Both the position numbers and the translations under genes were made by a program. A DNA stretch of 64,000 bases from a virus. The stretch lies in the IMG/VR virus record IMGVR_UViG_3300034980_000520, positions 8,249 through 72,248 of that record; one strand, given 5' to 3'. This document shows positions 45,581 to 55,471 of this stretch, one piece after another (position 1 is the stretch's first letter; every line of letters begins with the position of its first letter). A model generated the notes under the pieces. That model was not told the DNA's origin. It saw nothing but the letters and a program-made list of their open reading frames with translations, and did no database searches.

Positions 45581-48500
45581 GTGAATCGTATAAATTCTAA
45601 AATTAAATTCGTAGGCTTGCACGCACACAGCGTGGCAGGATCTATTTTTGATGCCATTGGGTATCCGCAAGATCATATGGATTTTGCATATGAAAACGGC
45701 TGTGACGCCTTGGCATTAACCGATCATGGAAACATGAATGGTTTGGCATATCAGGTACTGCATGCAAAAAAGATGCAGGAAGCAGGAAAGGAGTTCAAGC
45801 CTATCTTTGGTTGTGAGGCATACTTCACGCCATCCATTGCTGAATGGCATGATGCCTACAACAAGGCGATGGAAGACAAGAAGCGCGCCCGCTCGATCAA
45901 GAAGGACGAGCAATCTGGCGCCACCGTCGAAGACGAAGGCGACAGCAAAAAGATTCAAGGGATTCTTAAGCGCCGCCGACATCTAGTGCTGCTGGTGCAG
46001 AACCAGACAGGGCTTAATAATCTATTCAAGCTTGTATCGGAATCATATCAGCCAGAGAACTTTTACCGCTACCCCCGAATTGACTACGCACTGCTGAAGA
46101 AGTACAATGAGGGTATCATAGCCTCGTCAGCATGCCTAGGAGGCGTTTATGCCGGCAACTACTGGGAGCATCGGGAGGAAGGCGAAGAAGCCGTCCTAGA
46201 GGCAATGCGAGAGTCTACGCGACAAATGGTTGACATCTTTGGAGATCGCTGGTACGCCGAGATTCAGTGGAACAATATTAAAGAGCAACATGAGTTAAAT
46301 CAATATGTCATTCAGATTGCTAAAGAGTTTGGCGTTGGACTGGTGACGACAGCCGACAGCCATTACCCCAACCCTGACGCTTGGAAGGACAGAGAGCTTT
46401 ACAAGCGTCTTGGTTGGCTTGGTAAGGGGCGCCCATCTTGGGCAGAGGAGGAGTCGCAACTACCTGCAGGCGTTGAAGAAATTGGTTATGAGTTGTATCC
46501 AAAGAATGGCGATCAGATGTGGGAGAGCTATAAACAATACTCCGAGGAACAAGGCTTTGAGTATGACGATGAGATAGTATTAGAGAGCATCGAAGAGACA
46601 CACAGAATTGCGTTCGATCGAATTGAATCATTCTTGCCAGATAACACGGTGCGTTTGCCAGAGTTCGTTGTGCCAGCCGGCTATACTGCCACGCAAGCGC
46701 TCGTCCAGTATGCCCTTGAGGGCTTAAAAGAAAGAGGTATGCACACCAACAAGGAGTATACCGATAGACTCAAGCGTGAATTGAATGTGATTGATGATCG
46801 AGGGTTTTCCAAGTATTTCTTAACGATGAAATCTATTGTTGATGTTGCATCGCAAATGATGCTCCCCGGCCCAGGCAGAGGATCTGCCGCCGGTTCTCTA
46901 GTGGCGTATGCTCTTGATATCACGCAAGTTGATCCCATCAAGCATGGGCTCCTCTTCTCTCGCTTTCTGCGCTCAGACGCCACGGACTACCCTGATATCG
47001 ATTACGATGTGTCGGACAGCATGGCACTCAAGGAGAAGCTCGTTGACATGTGGGGAGCCGATTGTGTTGCGCCTATTTCTAACTGGAACACGCTGCAGCT
47101 CAAAAGTTTAATTAAAGACATCTCAAAGCTTTATGATATTCCATTTACGGAGGTGAATACGGTTACCTCCATTATGATCCGCGAAGCCACACCCGAAGCA
47201 AAGCGCAAGCACGGAATCAAGTCAGGCGTGTATGCGCCCACGTGGGAGGAGGTGATCGAGTTTTCACCATCCCTGCAATCCTATCTTGCGAAACACCCAG
47301 CAGTTAAAACACACGTTGAAGGGCTAGTGGGGCAAGTTCGCTCTTGCTCTCGCCACGCCGGCGGCGTTGTGATTGCAGAGAATCTGGACGAAAACATGCC
47401 GCTTATTAATTCTGGTGGAGTGCGACAGGCACCATGGGCAGAGGGGCAGAACGTCCGACATCTTGAACCAATGGGATTCATTAAGTTTGATTTGCTAGGA
47501 CTGTCGACGCTAAAGATGATGGAGGGTTGTATCGAGCATATTCTCCAGCGCCACCACGGAGTCGAGAAACCTACCTTCGCACAAGTTAGAGAATATTATG
47601 ACAAGAACCTTCACCCCGACGTCATTGATACCAATAATCAAGAGGTGTATGAAAATGTATTCCACAAAGGTAAGTGGGCAGGCATCTTTCAGTTTACCGA
47701 GCAGGGAGCACAAAAGTTCTGTGTTCGCGCCAAGCCTCGCAACATCATCGATGTGTCGGCTATCACTTCCATCTATCGTCCTGGGCCGCTTGCAGCTAAT
47801 GTCCACGACGAATACGTAGAAGCAAAAGAGAGCCCACATCATATCAAGTATTTGAACGATGACTCGCACGATATCACGCAGGAGACATTCGGTTTCCTAA
47901 TTTTCCAAGAGCAAATTGCTCTGCTAGCACACAAGCTTGGAGGCTTGACTCTCGATGAGGGTAATATGCTTCGCAAGGTGCTGACTAAGAAGGGTACCGG
48001 TAAGGGATCCGTGAAGGGGAGGCTACATGATAAGTTCATTTCCGGCTGCTTTAAGAACAAGATCTCAAAAGACGAGGCACAAGCGCTTTGGGACAAGTTT
48101 GAATATTTCTCAGGATATGGTTTTAACAAGTCTCACGCAGTATCTTACAGCTTGATTTCGTTTCAGTGCGCGTGGCTTTGGAACTACTATCCTGCCGAAT
48201 GGATGGCAGCGTTTCTAGACAAAGAGCCAGAGAGTCGGAAGGAAAAGGCAATCAATACTGCCAAGAAGTTTGGGTTTGAGATTGAGCCTTTGGACGTTAA
48301 CAAATCGGGCACGGTGTGGGAGATTAGTGCTGACGGCAAGACACTGATCCAGCCTCTTACTTCTATTAAGGGATTGGGAATGTCAGCTATTGAACAAATT
48401 TTAGCTAACCGTCCATTCCTGAATGCAGAGGATCTTTTATTCCGAGAAAGTGTTTCATATAGCAAGCTTAATAAAAAGGCGTTAGATGCGCTGTGTCGCG

Positions 48501-49012
48501 GAGGCGCCTTGGACAATATTGTTGATGATAGATTCTCGGGACGCAAGCATTTTTGGTCGGCTTGTGTGGTGGATCGGCCGAAGAGCCTCAAGAAATTCGG
48601 AGAGAATATGGAAACATATTACCCAGAAGGAGACTTCAGCGAAGAAGAGGTAATTCAGTTTAAAACGGATCTAACAGGAGTGTTCCCTCTTAACTTGGTG
48701 GTTAGCGCCGAGATGATTCAAGCGCTCCAAGAAAGATTCATCCCGCCCATCTCCGAGTTCGATCAAGAATTGCAGGTGTGCTGGTTTATCCCAAGAGCCA
48801 TCACCGCACGGAAGACTAAAAATGGAAAACTTTATTGGATCTTAGACGTAGTTGACTCCAACAACGAACTAACTAGAATAAGATGCTGGGGAGTTAAGCC
48901 AGAGAAAGATCGTTTGCATTTGAATCGCGCTTACATGGCGAGATTGAATTACGATCCTAATTGGGGCTTTAGTACCTACGCTATTGGTAGAACATTCAAA
49001 CTGTTAGGGTAG
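45581..49012 (+). CDS. dnaE: DNA polymerase III alpha subunit (family C)
   Basis: PHP domain LHAHS, ALTDHG, SACLGG, DSHY; GPGRGSAAGSLVAY; PDIDYD; HAGGVV; KFDLLGL; YGFNKSHA. Confidence 0.96.
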   Translation: MNRINSKIKFVGLHAHSVAGSIFDAIGYPQDHMDFAYENGCDALALTDHGNMNGLAYQVLHAKKMQEAGKEFKPIFGCEAYFTPSIAEWHDAYNKAMEDKKRARSIKKDEQSGATVEDEGDSKKIQGILKRRRHLVLLVQNQTGLNNLFKLVSESYQPENFYRYPRIDYALLKKYNEGIIASSACLGGVYAGNYWEHREEGEEAVLEAMRESTRQMVDIFGDRWYAEIQWNNIKEQHELNQYVIQIAKEFGVGLVTTADSHYPNPDAWKDRELYKRLGWLGKGRPSWAEEESQLPAGVEEIGYELYPKNGDQMWESYKQYSEEQGFEYDDEIVLESIEETHRIAFDRIESFLPDNTVRLPEFVVPAGYTATQALVQYALEGLKERGMHTNKEYTDRLKRELNVIDDRGFSKYFLTMKSIVDVASQMMLPGPGRGSAAGSLVAYALDITQVDPIKHGLLFSRFLRSDATDYPDIDYDVSDSMALKEKLVDMWGADCVAPISNWNTLQLKSLIKDISKLYDIPFTEVNTVTSIMIREATPEAKRKHGIKSGVYAPTWEEVIEFSPSLQSYLAKHPAVKTHVEGLVGQVRSCSRHAGGVVIAENLDENMPLINSGGVRQAPWAEGQNVRHLEPMGFIKFDLLGLSTLKMMEGCIEHILQRHHGVEKPTFAQVREYYDKNLHPDVIDTNNQEVYENVFHKGKWAGIFQFTEQGAQKFCVRAKPRNIIDVSAITSIYRPGPLAANVHDEYVEAKESPHHIKYLNDDSHDITQETFGFLIFQEQIALLAHKLGGLTLDEGNMLRKVLTKKGTGKGSVKGRLHDKFISGCFKNKISKDEAQALWDKFEYFSGYGFNKSHAVSYSLISFQCAWLWNYYPAEWMAAFLDKEPESRKEKAINTAKKFGFEIEPLDVNKSGTVWEISADGKTLIQPLTSIKGLGMSAIEQILANRPFLNAEDLLFRESVSYSKLNKKALDALCRGGALDNIVDDRFSGRKHFWSACVVDRPKSLKKFGENMETYYPEGDFSEEEVIQFKTDLTGVFPLNLVVSAEMIQALQERFIPPISEFDQELQVCWFIPRAITARKTKNGKLYWILDVVDSNNELTRIRCWGVKPEKDRLHLNRAYMARLNYDPNWGFSTYAIGRTFKLLG

Positions 49013-49014
49013 AC

Positions 49015-49620
49015 ATGAATATACTTAAAAACTTTAGCCCGCTCTTAAAAGAGCCAAAATTCATCGATGACTTGCCTGTTGTTATAAGGTTGACAAAGTT
49101 TGATGAGACATCCGCCAAGGGTTTTTCTGCAGCCGTAATGAAGGCGCAGAACACAGGGCAGCCTGTCTTGCCAATTATTATCGACAGTTATGGTGGGCAA
49201 GTATACAGCTTGATGTCTATGATATCAGATATTAAGCACAGTCGCATTCCTGTTGCAACTATCGTTCAGGGAAAAGCGATGTCTTGCGGGGCAATCCTCT
49301 TCAGCTTTGGAGCCGAAGGCAAGAGATATATGGATCCGGATGCGACAGTTATGATTCATGACGTTAGCTCGATGGATCACGGGAAAGTGGAAGAACTCAA
49401 AGCCTCTGCGGAGGAAGCCGAGCGCCTTAACCAGAAAATATATTCAATGATGGCGGAAAATTGTGGACAGCACAGGGACTATTTTTTAGACATTGTACAC
49501 GAAAAGGGACATGCCGATTGGTTCTTAGAGGCAGACGAGTGTTTAAAACACAATCTTGCCAATCACCTGAAGGTACCAGAATTAAAAATTGAAGCAAAGG
49601 TTAAGTTCAGTTTCGAATGA
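49015..49620 (+). CDS. clpP: ClpP-like protease 1
   Basis: IDSYGG, AMSCGA (Ser), VMIHD (His), ADWFLEADE (Asp). Confidence 0.85.
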   Translation: MNILKNFSPLLKEPKFIDDLPVVIRLTKFDETSAKGFSAAVMKAQNTGQPVLPIIIDSYGGQVYSLMSMISDIKHSRIPVATIVQGKAMSCGAILFSFGAEGKRYMDPDATVMIHDVSSMDHGKVEELKASAEEAERLNQKIYSMMAENCGQHRDYFLDIVHEKGHADWFLEADECLKHNLANHLKVPELKIEAKVKFSFE

Positions 49621-49633
49621 ATCTATTTAATGT

Positions 49634-50338
49634 GTGATTAAAACCGAAAAAATTAAATTGCGCCGAGTAATGAACGAGCTACACTATCTCTATGAGGAGA
49701 TGGAGCTTATCGGAGATCTCTGTGGGACAGCCGCCGGTGACTTCGAAAGTTATTACCGAGCCTTTTGCGCAGAGAACGATATTGATTTAAAGAAGCTGAA
49801 CAAAGAAAACTCAGAACAGCTTAAAGAAATTTATGGTGTCAAAGATTTGGAAGAAGACGAGGTACCCTCCGAGCTTCCACGCTCTGGCTCCGCCGAACTG
49901 ATTCCACAGAGTGGAGAAGCCAGCGATGCTGATCAGTTTATCCCCGATGATGACGTTGTATACAAAGAACTCCACTCAATGTTTAATAAGATTTTTAAGA
50001 AGCTCGCCATGAAACTCCACCCTGATCGTATCGAAAATCATATACTTGATAATGACGAGAAGATTAAGCTACGTAATGATTTTTCGAAAGCCAGAACATC
50101 CTTAGAAAAGAAGAAGTATTTCCATTTAGTAGAGATCAGCCGCCGCCACGGTATTTATGTTACCGAGAGATATGGGCTGCAACTAAGATGGTTTAGAAAA
50201 GAGAGGGATAACGTACGCAAGCACGTAAATCATGAAAAATGCACATACAATTATAAGTTTAGCGAATGCGAGACTGATGAGCAAAAAGATGCCCTCATCC
50301 GAGAATTTCTCCAGCAACTTTTTGGGATTTTAGCATAA
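49634..50338 (+). CDS. J-domain (DnaJ-like) protein
   Basis: KIFKKLAMKLHPDR motif. Confidence 0.65.
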   Translation: MIKTEKIKLRRVMNELHYLYEEMELIGDLCGTAAGDFESYYRAFCAENDIDLKKLNKENSEQLKEIYGVKDLEEDEVPSELPRSGSAELIPQSGEASDADQFIPDDDVVYKELHSMFNKIFKKLAMKLHPDRIENHILDNDEKIKLRNDFSKARTSLEKKKYFHLVEISRRHGIYVTERYGLQLRWFRKERDNVRKHVNHEKCTYNYKFSECETDEQKDALIREFLQQLFGILA

Positions 50339-50355
50339 ATAACAACCAAAAACGG

Positions 50356-50384
50356 TTGACAGCCGCATCCGCGGGTGTTATACT
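50356..50384 (+). promoter_or_regulatory. sigma70 promoter
   Basis: TTGACA-17-TATACT with TG. Confidence 0.8.
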
Positions 50385-50411
50385 ATTAGTATAGTCATCA
50401 AGGAGGTATTA

Positions 50412-50666
50412 GTGGCTAACACAAACGAAGAAAAACAACAATATGTCAAGGAGTATATTCGCTCTTTGGCAGCAATCGAGGGGTGCATTGAACCCTATCA
50501 GGAGCAAAAGCGCGAACTGCGCACTGAATTCCGAGAGAACGGATGGCTCAACACGGATGAGATCCGAGCAGCAGTAAAGGCATATCGTCTTTACAAGCAC
50601 AAAATCAACATTGACGAGGTGGTTGATAACTTCCACGTTATTTCAGGAGAAGGAGAAGAACAATAA
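50412..50666 (+). CDS. Small coiled-coil protein, possible DNA-binding (GapR/T4 DsbA-like)
   Basis: SD AGGAGG, GTG start; YIRSLAAIE...KRELRTEFRENG...IRAAVK pattern. Confidence 0.55.
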   Translation: MANTNEEKQQYVKEYIRSLAAIEGCIEPYQEQKRELRTEFRENGWLNTDEIRAAVKAYRLYKHKINIDEVVDNFHVISGEGEEQ

Positions 50667-50776
50667 TGGACAAATTTTTAAGTTCTATTTTATCAGTACC
50701 ATGGATTCTTAAGGCAACGCTCTGGCTTTGTCACCTAGGAGAAGACTGGGGCGAAGAAGTCGAAGGCGAGGCATGA
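50666..50776 (+). CDS. Unannotated 36-aa ORF MDKFLSSILSVPWILKATLWLCHLGEDWGEEVEGEA
   Basis: TAATG overlap with the upstream stop and ATGA overlap with the downstream start; SD AGGAG. Confidence 0.6.
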   Translation: MDKFLSSILSVPWILKATLWLCHLGEDWGEEVEGEA

Positions 50777-51501
50777 GAGCGAATCGTTTACCATTGACAA
50801 AGAAGCAAGTATTTAAGATCTTCCGCAGCAAGCCGTATTGGCTTGCCGTCGTCGACGCAGTGGAGAGCATGGCAGGTTGCCATTTTAAGAGTCTCGTCGC
50901 TGCAGATTCTTCAATAAAGACAGTTGGCGAATGGGCACGCTCAAAAGAAGAAGACAAGCGACAGCAAACTTCATCGTTGACTGTCCCCTTTGCATATGAC
51001 TTTGAAGCTTGGATCCGCAAAATTGCTGTTGAGTTTGGAATTGAAATCTTGCAAAAGGACGAGAGTGAAGAAGGAAATGATTTTCGTGTCCGGACATCTG
51101 ATGCCGGCATCATTCCCTTTGAGGTAAAGACAACCCAGTGCGCACAAGGATGGACGGGTTCAACTCACTCTGAGGGTAAGGGCAAGGCGCTCAACTATGT
51201 GCTAGCAAGCTTCGGACTAGATTTGGATTATCCAATCACTGCCGATCTTACGCAGCCGGCGTTACCCGGTGTGATTACCGCTCTCCACGCTTCGGTGTTT
51301 GGACAAGATGTTCCTGTCAAATGGTCAGGAGCAGCTTCGGAGAGCAACAGCAGCACCAAGGGTAGGATTCCAGTATCAGCATTTCGTCAATATCGCCAAG
51401 CAGTGGCATTTGGAAATGTTAAGAAAAATAGAGTATGGTGTAAGTGCGAACGAGCAAATCTCGCAGAGCATCGGACACTGTTGCAGGAGAGAGCGGCATG
51501 A
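50773..51501 (+). CDS. Putative PD-(D/E)xK restriction-type endonuclease
   Basis: GNDFRV...IPFEVKTT motif; ATGA-coupled to a methyltransferase. Confidence 0.5.
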   Translation: MRANRLPLTKKQVFKIFRSKPYWLAVVDAVESMAGCHFKSLVAADSSIKTVGEWARSKEEDKRQQTSSLTVPFAYDFEAWIRKIAVEFGIEILQKDESEEGNDFRVRTSDAGIIPFEVKTTQCAQGWTGSTHSEGKGKALNYVLASFGLDLDYPITADLTQPALPGVITALHASVFGQDVPVKWSGAASESNSSTKGRIPVSAFRQYRQAVAFGNVKKNRVWCKCERANLAEHRTLLQERAA

Positions 51502-52340
51502 ATCATATCAATCAGATCATTAACAGCGATAGTATAACTGCGCTGCAGGAACTCCCAGAGAACTCAATAGATATGGTAGTGACGTCACCGCCTTATGATA
51601 ATCTGCGAGCATATCAGGGATTAATCGATGACATGAAGGAAGAGTATAATGGCTATTCCTTTCCCTTTGAACAAATTGCAACCGAGCTATCTCGCGTTGT
51701 GAAGAAGGGCGGCGTAGTCGTATGGGTAGTCGGAGATGCAGTGATGAAGGGTGGCGAAACAGGTTCGTCCTTCCGGCAGGCACTATACTTTATGGAGAAG
51801 GGGTTTAAACTTCACGACACCATGATTTATGAGAAGAACGGAAGCTCCTTCCCAGCCAGACGAGACGGCAACAGATACTCCCAACTCTTTGAATACATGT
51901 TTGTGTTCAGCAAGGGAGGGAAACCCAAGACATCAAATCTTATTTGTGATAAGCCTAACCGATGGGCAGGCTACACGCATTTTGGGAAAGGATCGATTAG
52001 AAACAAGAAGGGAGAGCTAGTGGAAAGAAACATTAAGCCCATCCCTGAATTTTCCCCCCGAAATAATATTTGGAAATATAACACTGGAAAGAATTACTCT
52101 ACCAAAGACAAGGTAGCATTTGAGCATCCTGCCATTTTCCCCGAACAATTGGCAGCAGATCATATTCTAACGTGGAGCAATCCCGGCGATGTAGTTTTAG
52201 ATCCCTTTAATGGATCTGGCACAACTACGAAGATGGCAGCACTGCACGATAGAAATTATGTGGGCATTGATATCTCAGACAAATACTGTGATATTGCCCG
52301 CGAACGTTTGGAAATTATAAAAAAAAAGAGAGCAAGTTAA
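51498..52340 (+). CDS. DNA methyltransferase, N4-C/N6-A beta class
   Basis: VTSPPY, HPAIFPE.L, VLDPFNGSGTT. Confidence 0.92.
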   Translation: MNHINQIINSDSITALQELPENSIDMVVTSPPYDNLRAYQGLIDDMKEEYNGYSFPFEQIATELSRVVKKGGVVVWVVGDAVMKGGETGSSFRQALYFMEKGFKLHDTMIYEKNGSSFPARRDGNRYSQLFEYMFVFSKGGKPKTSNLICDKPNRWAGYTHFGKGSIRNKKGELVERNIKPIPEFSPRNNIWKYNTGKNYSTKDKVAFEHPAIFPEQLAADHILTWSNPGDVVLDPFNGSGTTTKMAALHDRNYVGIDISDKYCDIARERLEIIKKKRAS

Positions 52341-52814
52341 ATGAATAAAAGTACACAAGTAGTAATGTTCTCGTCTGAGACGGGAGATTGGGCAACGCCC
52401 AAGGAATTTTTTGATAAACTGGACTGGAGGTTTGGACCATTTGATCTGGATCCCTGCGCCACCCCATCGAATACAAAATGTTCGAACTTCTTCACAGAAG
52501 CTGAAGACGGTTTGTCTAAGGATTGGGGTGGTTTTACCGCCTTCATCAATCCGCCATATGGCAGAGGGATTGACGCATGGATTAAGAAGGCATACGAAGA
52601 ATCCCGAAAGGAAAACACCAAGATAGTAATGTTGATTCCATCGCGAACCGACACAAAGTACTGGCATCAATATGTGATGAAAGCGGATGAAGTACACTTT
52701 ATAAAAGGACGCTTAAAGTTTGGCGACAGCAGCAATAGCGCCCCCTTCCCATCAGCAGTCGTTGTATTTGACGGCAGCAATAGGCAACAGATCATTGGAG
52801 CACTGAACCGATGA
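52341..52814 (+). CDS. Phage N6-adenine methyltransferase (phage Dam family)
   Basis: WATP..FF, FDLDPCA, NPPYG, LIPSRTDT, GRLKF, APFPS. Confidence 0.9.
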   Translation: MNKSTQVVMFSSETGDWATPKEFFDKLDWRFGPFDLDPCATPSNTKCSNFFTEAEDGLSKDWGGFTAFINPPYGRGIDAWIKKAYEESRKENTKIVMLIPSRTDTKYWHQYVMKADEVHFIKGRLKFGDSSNSAPFPSAVVVFDGSNRQQIIGALNR

Positions 52815-53200
52815 AACAAGATCTTTTACAGGGAGCGCTCTTACGGCTTCAGGGCTCCATCCTTGAAACATTCGAAGCTTTGAAGGATGAATATGCGGCG
52901 CCCGCAAATGAGGGTACTGTGGACAGGATAGCGTCACTCGCCGCAAGATTAGCCAATCTAGAGGGCGCCCTCATAACATTGCAACAATACTCTCAAAGAA
53001 TTGTGGAAACCGCCAAAGCAGAAGCCATGGAAACGTCATTGGCAGCAGCCCGCATGGCAATCGCGGAAGCCAAAAGCGCCTCCGAAGGAGAGTCGGCAGT
53101 CATTACCGAGGAGAATTCAAAAACAATGAAGAAAGTGAGGGCAGTCCAAAAAGAACAGAAGAAGCCCAAGAAGACAAAGAAGAAGGATACAAAAGAATGA
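52811..53200 (+). CDS. Hypothetical coiled-coil protein
   Basis: ATGA overlap, SD GGAG. Confidence 0.65.
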   Translation: MKQDLLQGALLRLQGSILETFEALKDEYAAPANEGTVDRIASLAARLANLEGALITLQQYSQRIVETAKAEAMETSLAAARMAIAEAKSASEGESAVITEENSKTMKKVRAVQKEQKKPKKTKKKDTKE

Positions 53201-53454
53201 ACCGGCAACACCGCCGCGCTCTCAAGAAGCAGACAACCTCACCGGCAGAGCAGAAGATGGCAGAACAAGTGGCAAAATTTGGTAAAATGCCAGAGAAATG
53301 TTGCGCCTGCGAAAAAGAGTTTGACAAGAAAGATCGTTCCATGATAGAATCATGGAGTGTTGTTGTGAAGCAGGAAGTAGTACGTCTATTCTGCCCAGCA
53401 TGCATTAATAAAACAAAGGAGGCTCTCAATGGCAGTCACACGAATATCAAATGA
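53197..53454 (+). CDS. Hypothetical Zn-binding protein
   Basis: CxxC...CxxC, MNRQHRR start. Confidence 0.7.
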   Translation: MNRQHRRALKKQTTSPAEQKMAEQVAKFGKMPEKCCACEKEFDKKDRSMIESWSVVVKQEVVRLFCPACINKTKEALNGSHTNIK

Positions 53455-53803
53455 ATCTTTGGACATGCTGCTCCAAGGAAAAGTAAAGGAAGCAGCAACT
53501 TGCGTGCTTAAGTTCTATTCTAATGGCTGTGATATGTGTCATGCCTTGAGTGATTATTACGCACAAATATCGCAAGAAGATAAGTATAAAGATTTGCATT
53601 TCTTTGCCGTAAACATTGATGATTATCCTGAAATAGAACGTAGGTTAAACTTTAAGGGAGTGCCAACAATTTTTATTCTGCATTCCAATATTGGAAACCG
53701 CGCCCCCACGATCCGAGTCATAGAGGAGCCCGAGAAGCCCAATGATAAAACATGGTATAAGGTGTCAGACATTAAAAAGTTTATTGACAGAGAGGGACTG
53801 TGA
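53429..53803 (+). CDS. Thioredoxin-like protein
   Basis: KFYSNGCDMC, VNIDD, GVPTI. Confidence 0.8.
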   Translation: MAVTRISNESLDMLLQGKVKEAATCVLKFYSNGCDMCHALSDYYAQISQEDKYKDLHFFAVNIDDYPEIERRLNFKGVPTIFILHSNIGNRAPTIRVIEEPEKPNDKTWYKVSDIKKFIDREGL

Positions 53804-54840
53804 AAAAGTCCTTATCATATGATGACGTTTTGCTACTCCCCCAATACTCAGACATTCGAAGCAGAAGCGAAGTCTCAACAGAAGTTGATCTCGGCAACGG
53901 ATTGAAACTCGCTCTCCCGGTGTTAGCGTCACCAATGGATACGATTTCAGAGGCTCCGATGGCGATCGCGCTTGGTGGTGCCGGCGGTGCAGCAATTATT
54001 CATAGATATGCTTCTGTTCAGGAGCAGTGCAAGATGGTAAGCTGGGCACAAGAGGGTGGCATTAGAAATTTTAAAACCGAAATCAATGTTGGAGCCGCTG
54101 TGGGTGTCACTGGAGATTATCTTCTGCGCTCAAGAATGCTTTTAAACGCCGGCGCAACCTTCCTATGTGTGGATGTTGCACACGGGCATCATGTTTTAAT
54201 GAAAGAAGCCCTCCGGGAGATCCGCGATGAAGTGGGCGCCGATGTTCATCTGATGGCAGGAAACGTTGCCACCCTGCAAGGCATCAATGATCTGGCAGAG
54301 TGGGGCGCCGATAGCGTAAGATGCAATATTGGAGGGGGCTCGATTTGTTCGACGCGCATTGAAACGGGACACGGAGTCCCGGGCTTTCAAACGATAATGG
54401 ATTGCGCGCAGACTAGTCGCGACATCACCATAATTGCCGACGGCGGCTTGAGAAATTCTGGAGATATTGTCAAGAGTTTAGGCGCCGGCGCCGATGCTGT
54501 AATGTGTGGATCCTTATTCTCTGGTACGGATGAGAGCCCCGGCAAAATAATAGAAGAAGCCGACGGCACTCGATGGAAGATATATCGCGGCATGGCATCC
54601 AAAGAGGCGCAAGTTAATTGGCGAGGCAGCTTTTCTTCAGCAGAAGGCATATGTGCTCGCGTTCCTTATCGCGGTTCTGTAAGAAAAATTATAGAAAGCC
54701 TAGAGAGGGGAATTCGTTCCGGACTATCTTATAGTGGCTGCCGCACAATCTCTGAGCTTCAAAGTTCTGCAACTTTCACTTTGCAAACCCCCGCCGGCAT
54801 GGGTGAGAGCCGAACCCACATTCTTAATAGGAAGTGGTGA
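53800..54840 (+). CDS. IMP dehydrogenase/GMP reductase family protein (no CBS domain)
   Basis: [49 protein letters not shown]. Confidence 0.9.
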   Translation: MKKSLSYDDVLLLPQYSDIRSRSEVSTEVDLGNGLKLALPVLASPMDTISEAPMAIALGGAGGAAIIHRYASVQEQCKMVSWAQEGGIRNFKTEINVGAAVGVTGDYLLRSRMLLNAGATFLCVDVAHGHHVLMKEALREIRDEVGADVHLMAGNVATLQGINDLAEWGADSVRCNIGGGSICSTRIETGHGVPGFQTIMDCAQTSRDITIIADGGLRNSGDIVKSLGAGADAVMCGSLFSGTDESPGKIIEEADGTRWKIYRGMASKEAQVNWRGSFSSAEGICARVPYRGSVRKIIESLERGIRSGLSYSGCRTISELQSSATFTLQTPAGMGESRTHILNRKW

Positions 54841-55163
54841 TGAGCGAAAACACACTTGGACAGAACACTAAAAGGATCGTCTTTACTGAAAACGATCATC
54901 GCCATGCACAACTAATTGTAAAACTTAAAATGGATGGCATGACACAGGCGAAATTTTTCAGACAAATGATTACAGGATATCTGGAAGATGATGAACGGAT
55001 CCGAAGTTATGTGCTGGACAACTCTTCTCTCTCTAAAGTAAAGATTAACAAAAGCATGAAGTTGATCGAAAAAGGAAGAGAGACGGCAACTAATTTAGGG
55101 CTCAATGAAGATCAACTTGAAAATATATTTGATATGATAGCCGAGGAATTCCCAGAGTTATGA
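54840..55163 (+). CDS. Hypothetical, possible ribbon-helix-helix regulator
   Basis: KRIVFTE...LK.DGMTQAKFFRQMI pattern. Confidence 0.55.
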   Translation: MSENTLGQNTKRIVFTENDHRHAQLIVKLKMDGMTQAKFFRQMITGYLEDDERIRSYVLDNSSLSKVKINKSMKLIEKGRETATNLGLNEDQLENIFDMIAEEFPEL

Positions 55164-55414
55164 AAAACGGCTTACGTCAATGCAGCCTAGATTGCATAAA
55201 GGCACAGAAACCTTGCAAATCTAAAGAATGCCGCCACTATATTGAGTTCGAAGGTGAGTATAATTGTACTTTAGTCTCTATATATGAAAACGGCCCCATG
55301 ACTCTGCGTCAAGTCGGCGATAGAATTGGGGTGTCGTTTGCTAGAATTAAACAAATTGAAGAAAAAGCGTTGAAGAAGATAAAACACAGCGATTTAATTT
55401 CTTTTCTAAATTAG
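55160..55414 (+). CDS. Stand-alone sigma region-4 HTH protein with Cys-rich N-terminus
   Basis: MTLRQVGDRIGVSFARIKQIEEKALKK matches sigma70 region 4.2. Confidence 0.8.
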   Translation: MKNGLRQCSLDCIKAQKPCKSKECRHYIEFEGEYNCTLVSIYENGPMTLRQVGDRIGVSFARIKQIEEKALKKIKHSDLISFLN

Positions 55415-55471
55415 GATATTGAAAAAAATAATACTATTTATACTAGGAACTCACGTAAGGAGAAAATGTAG

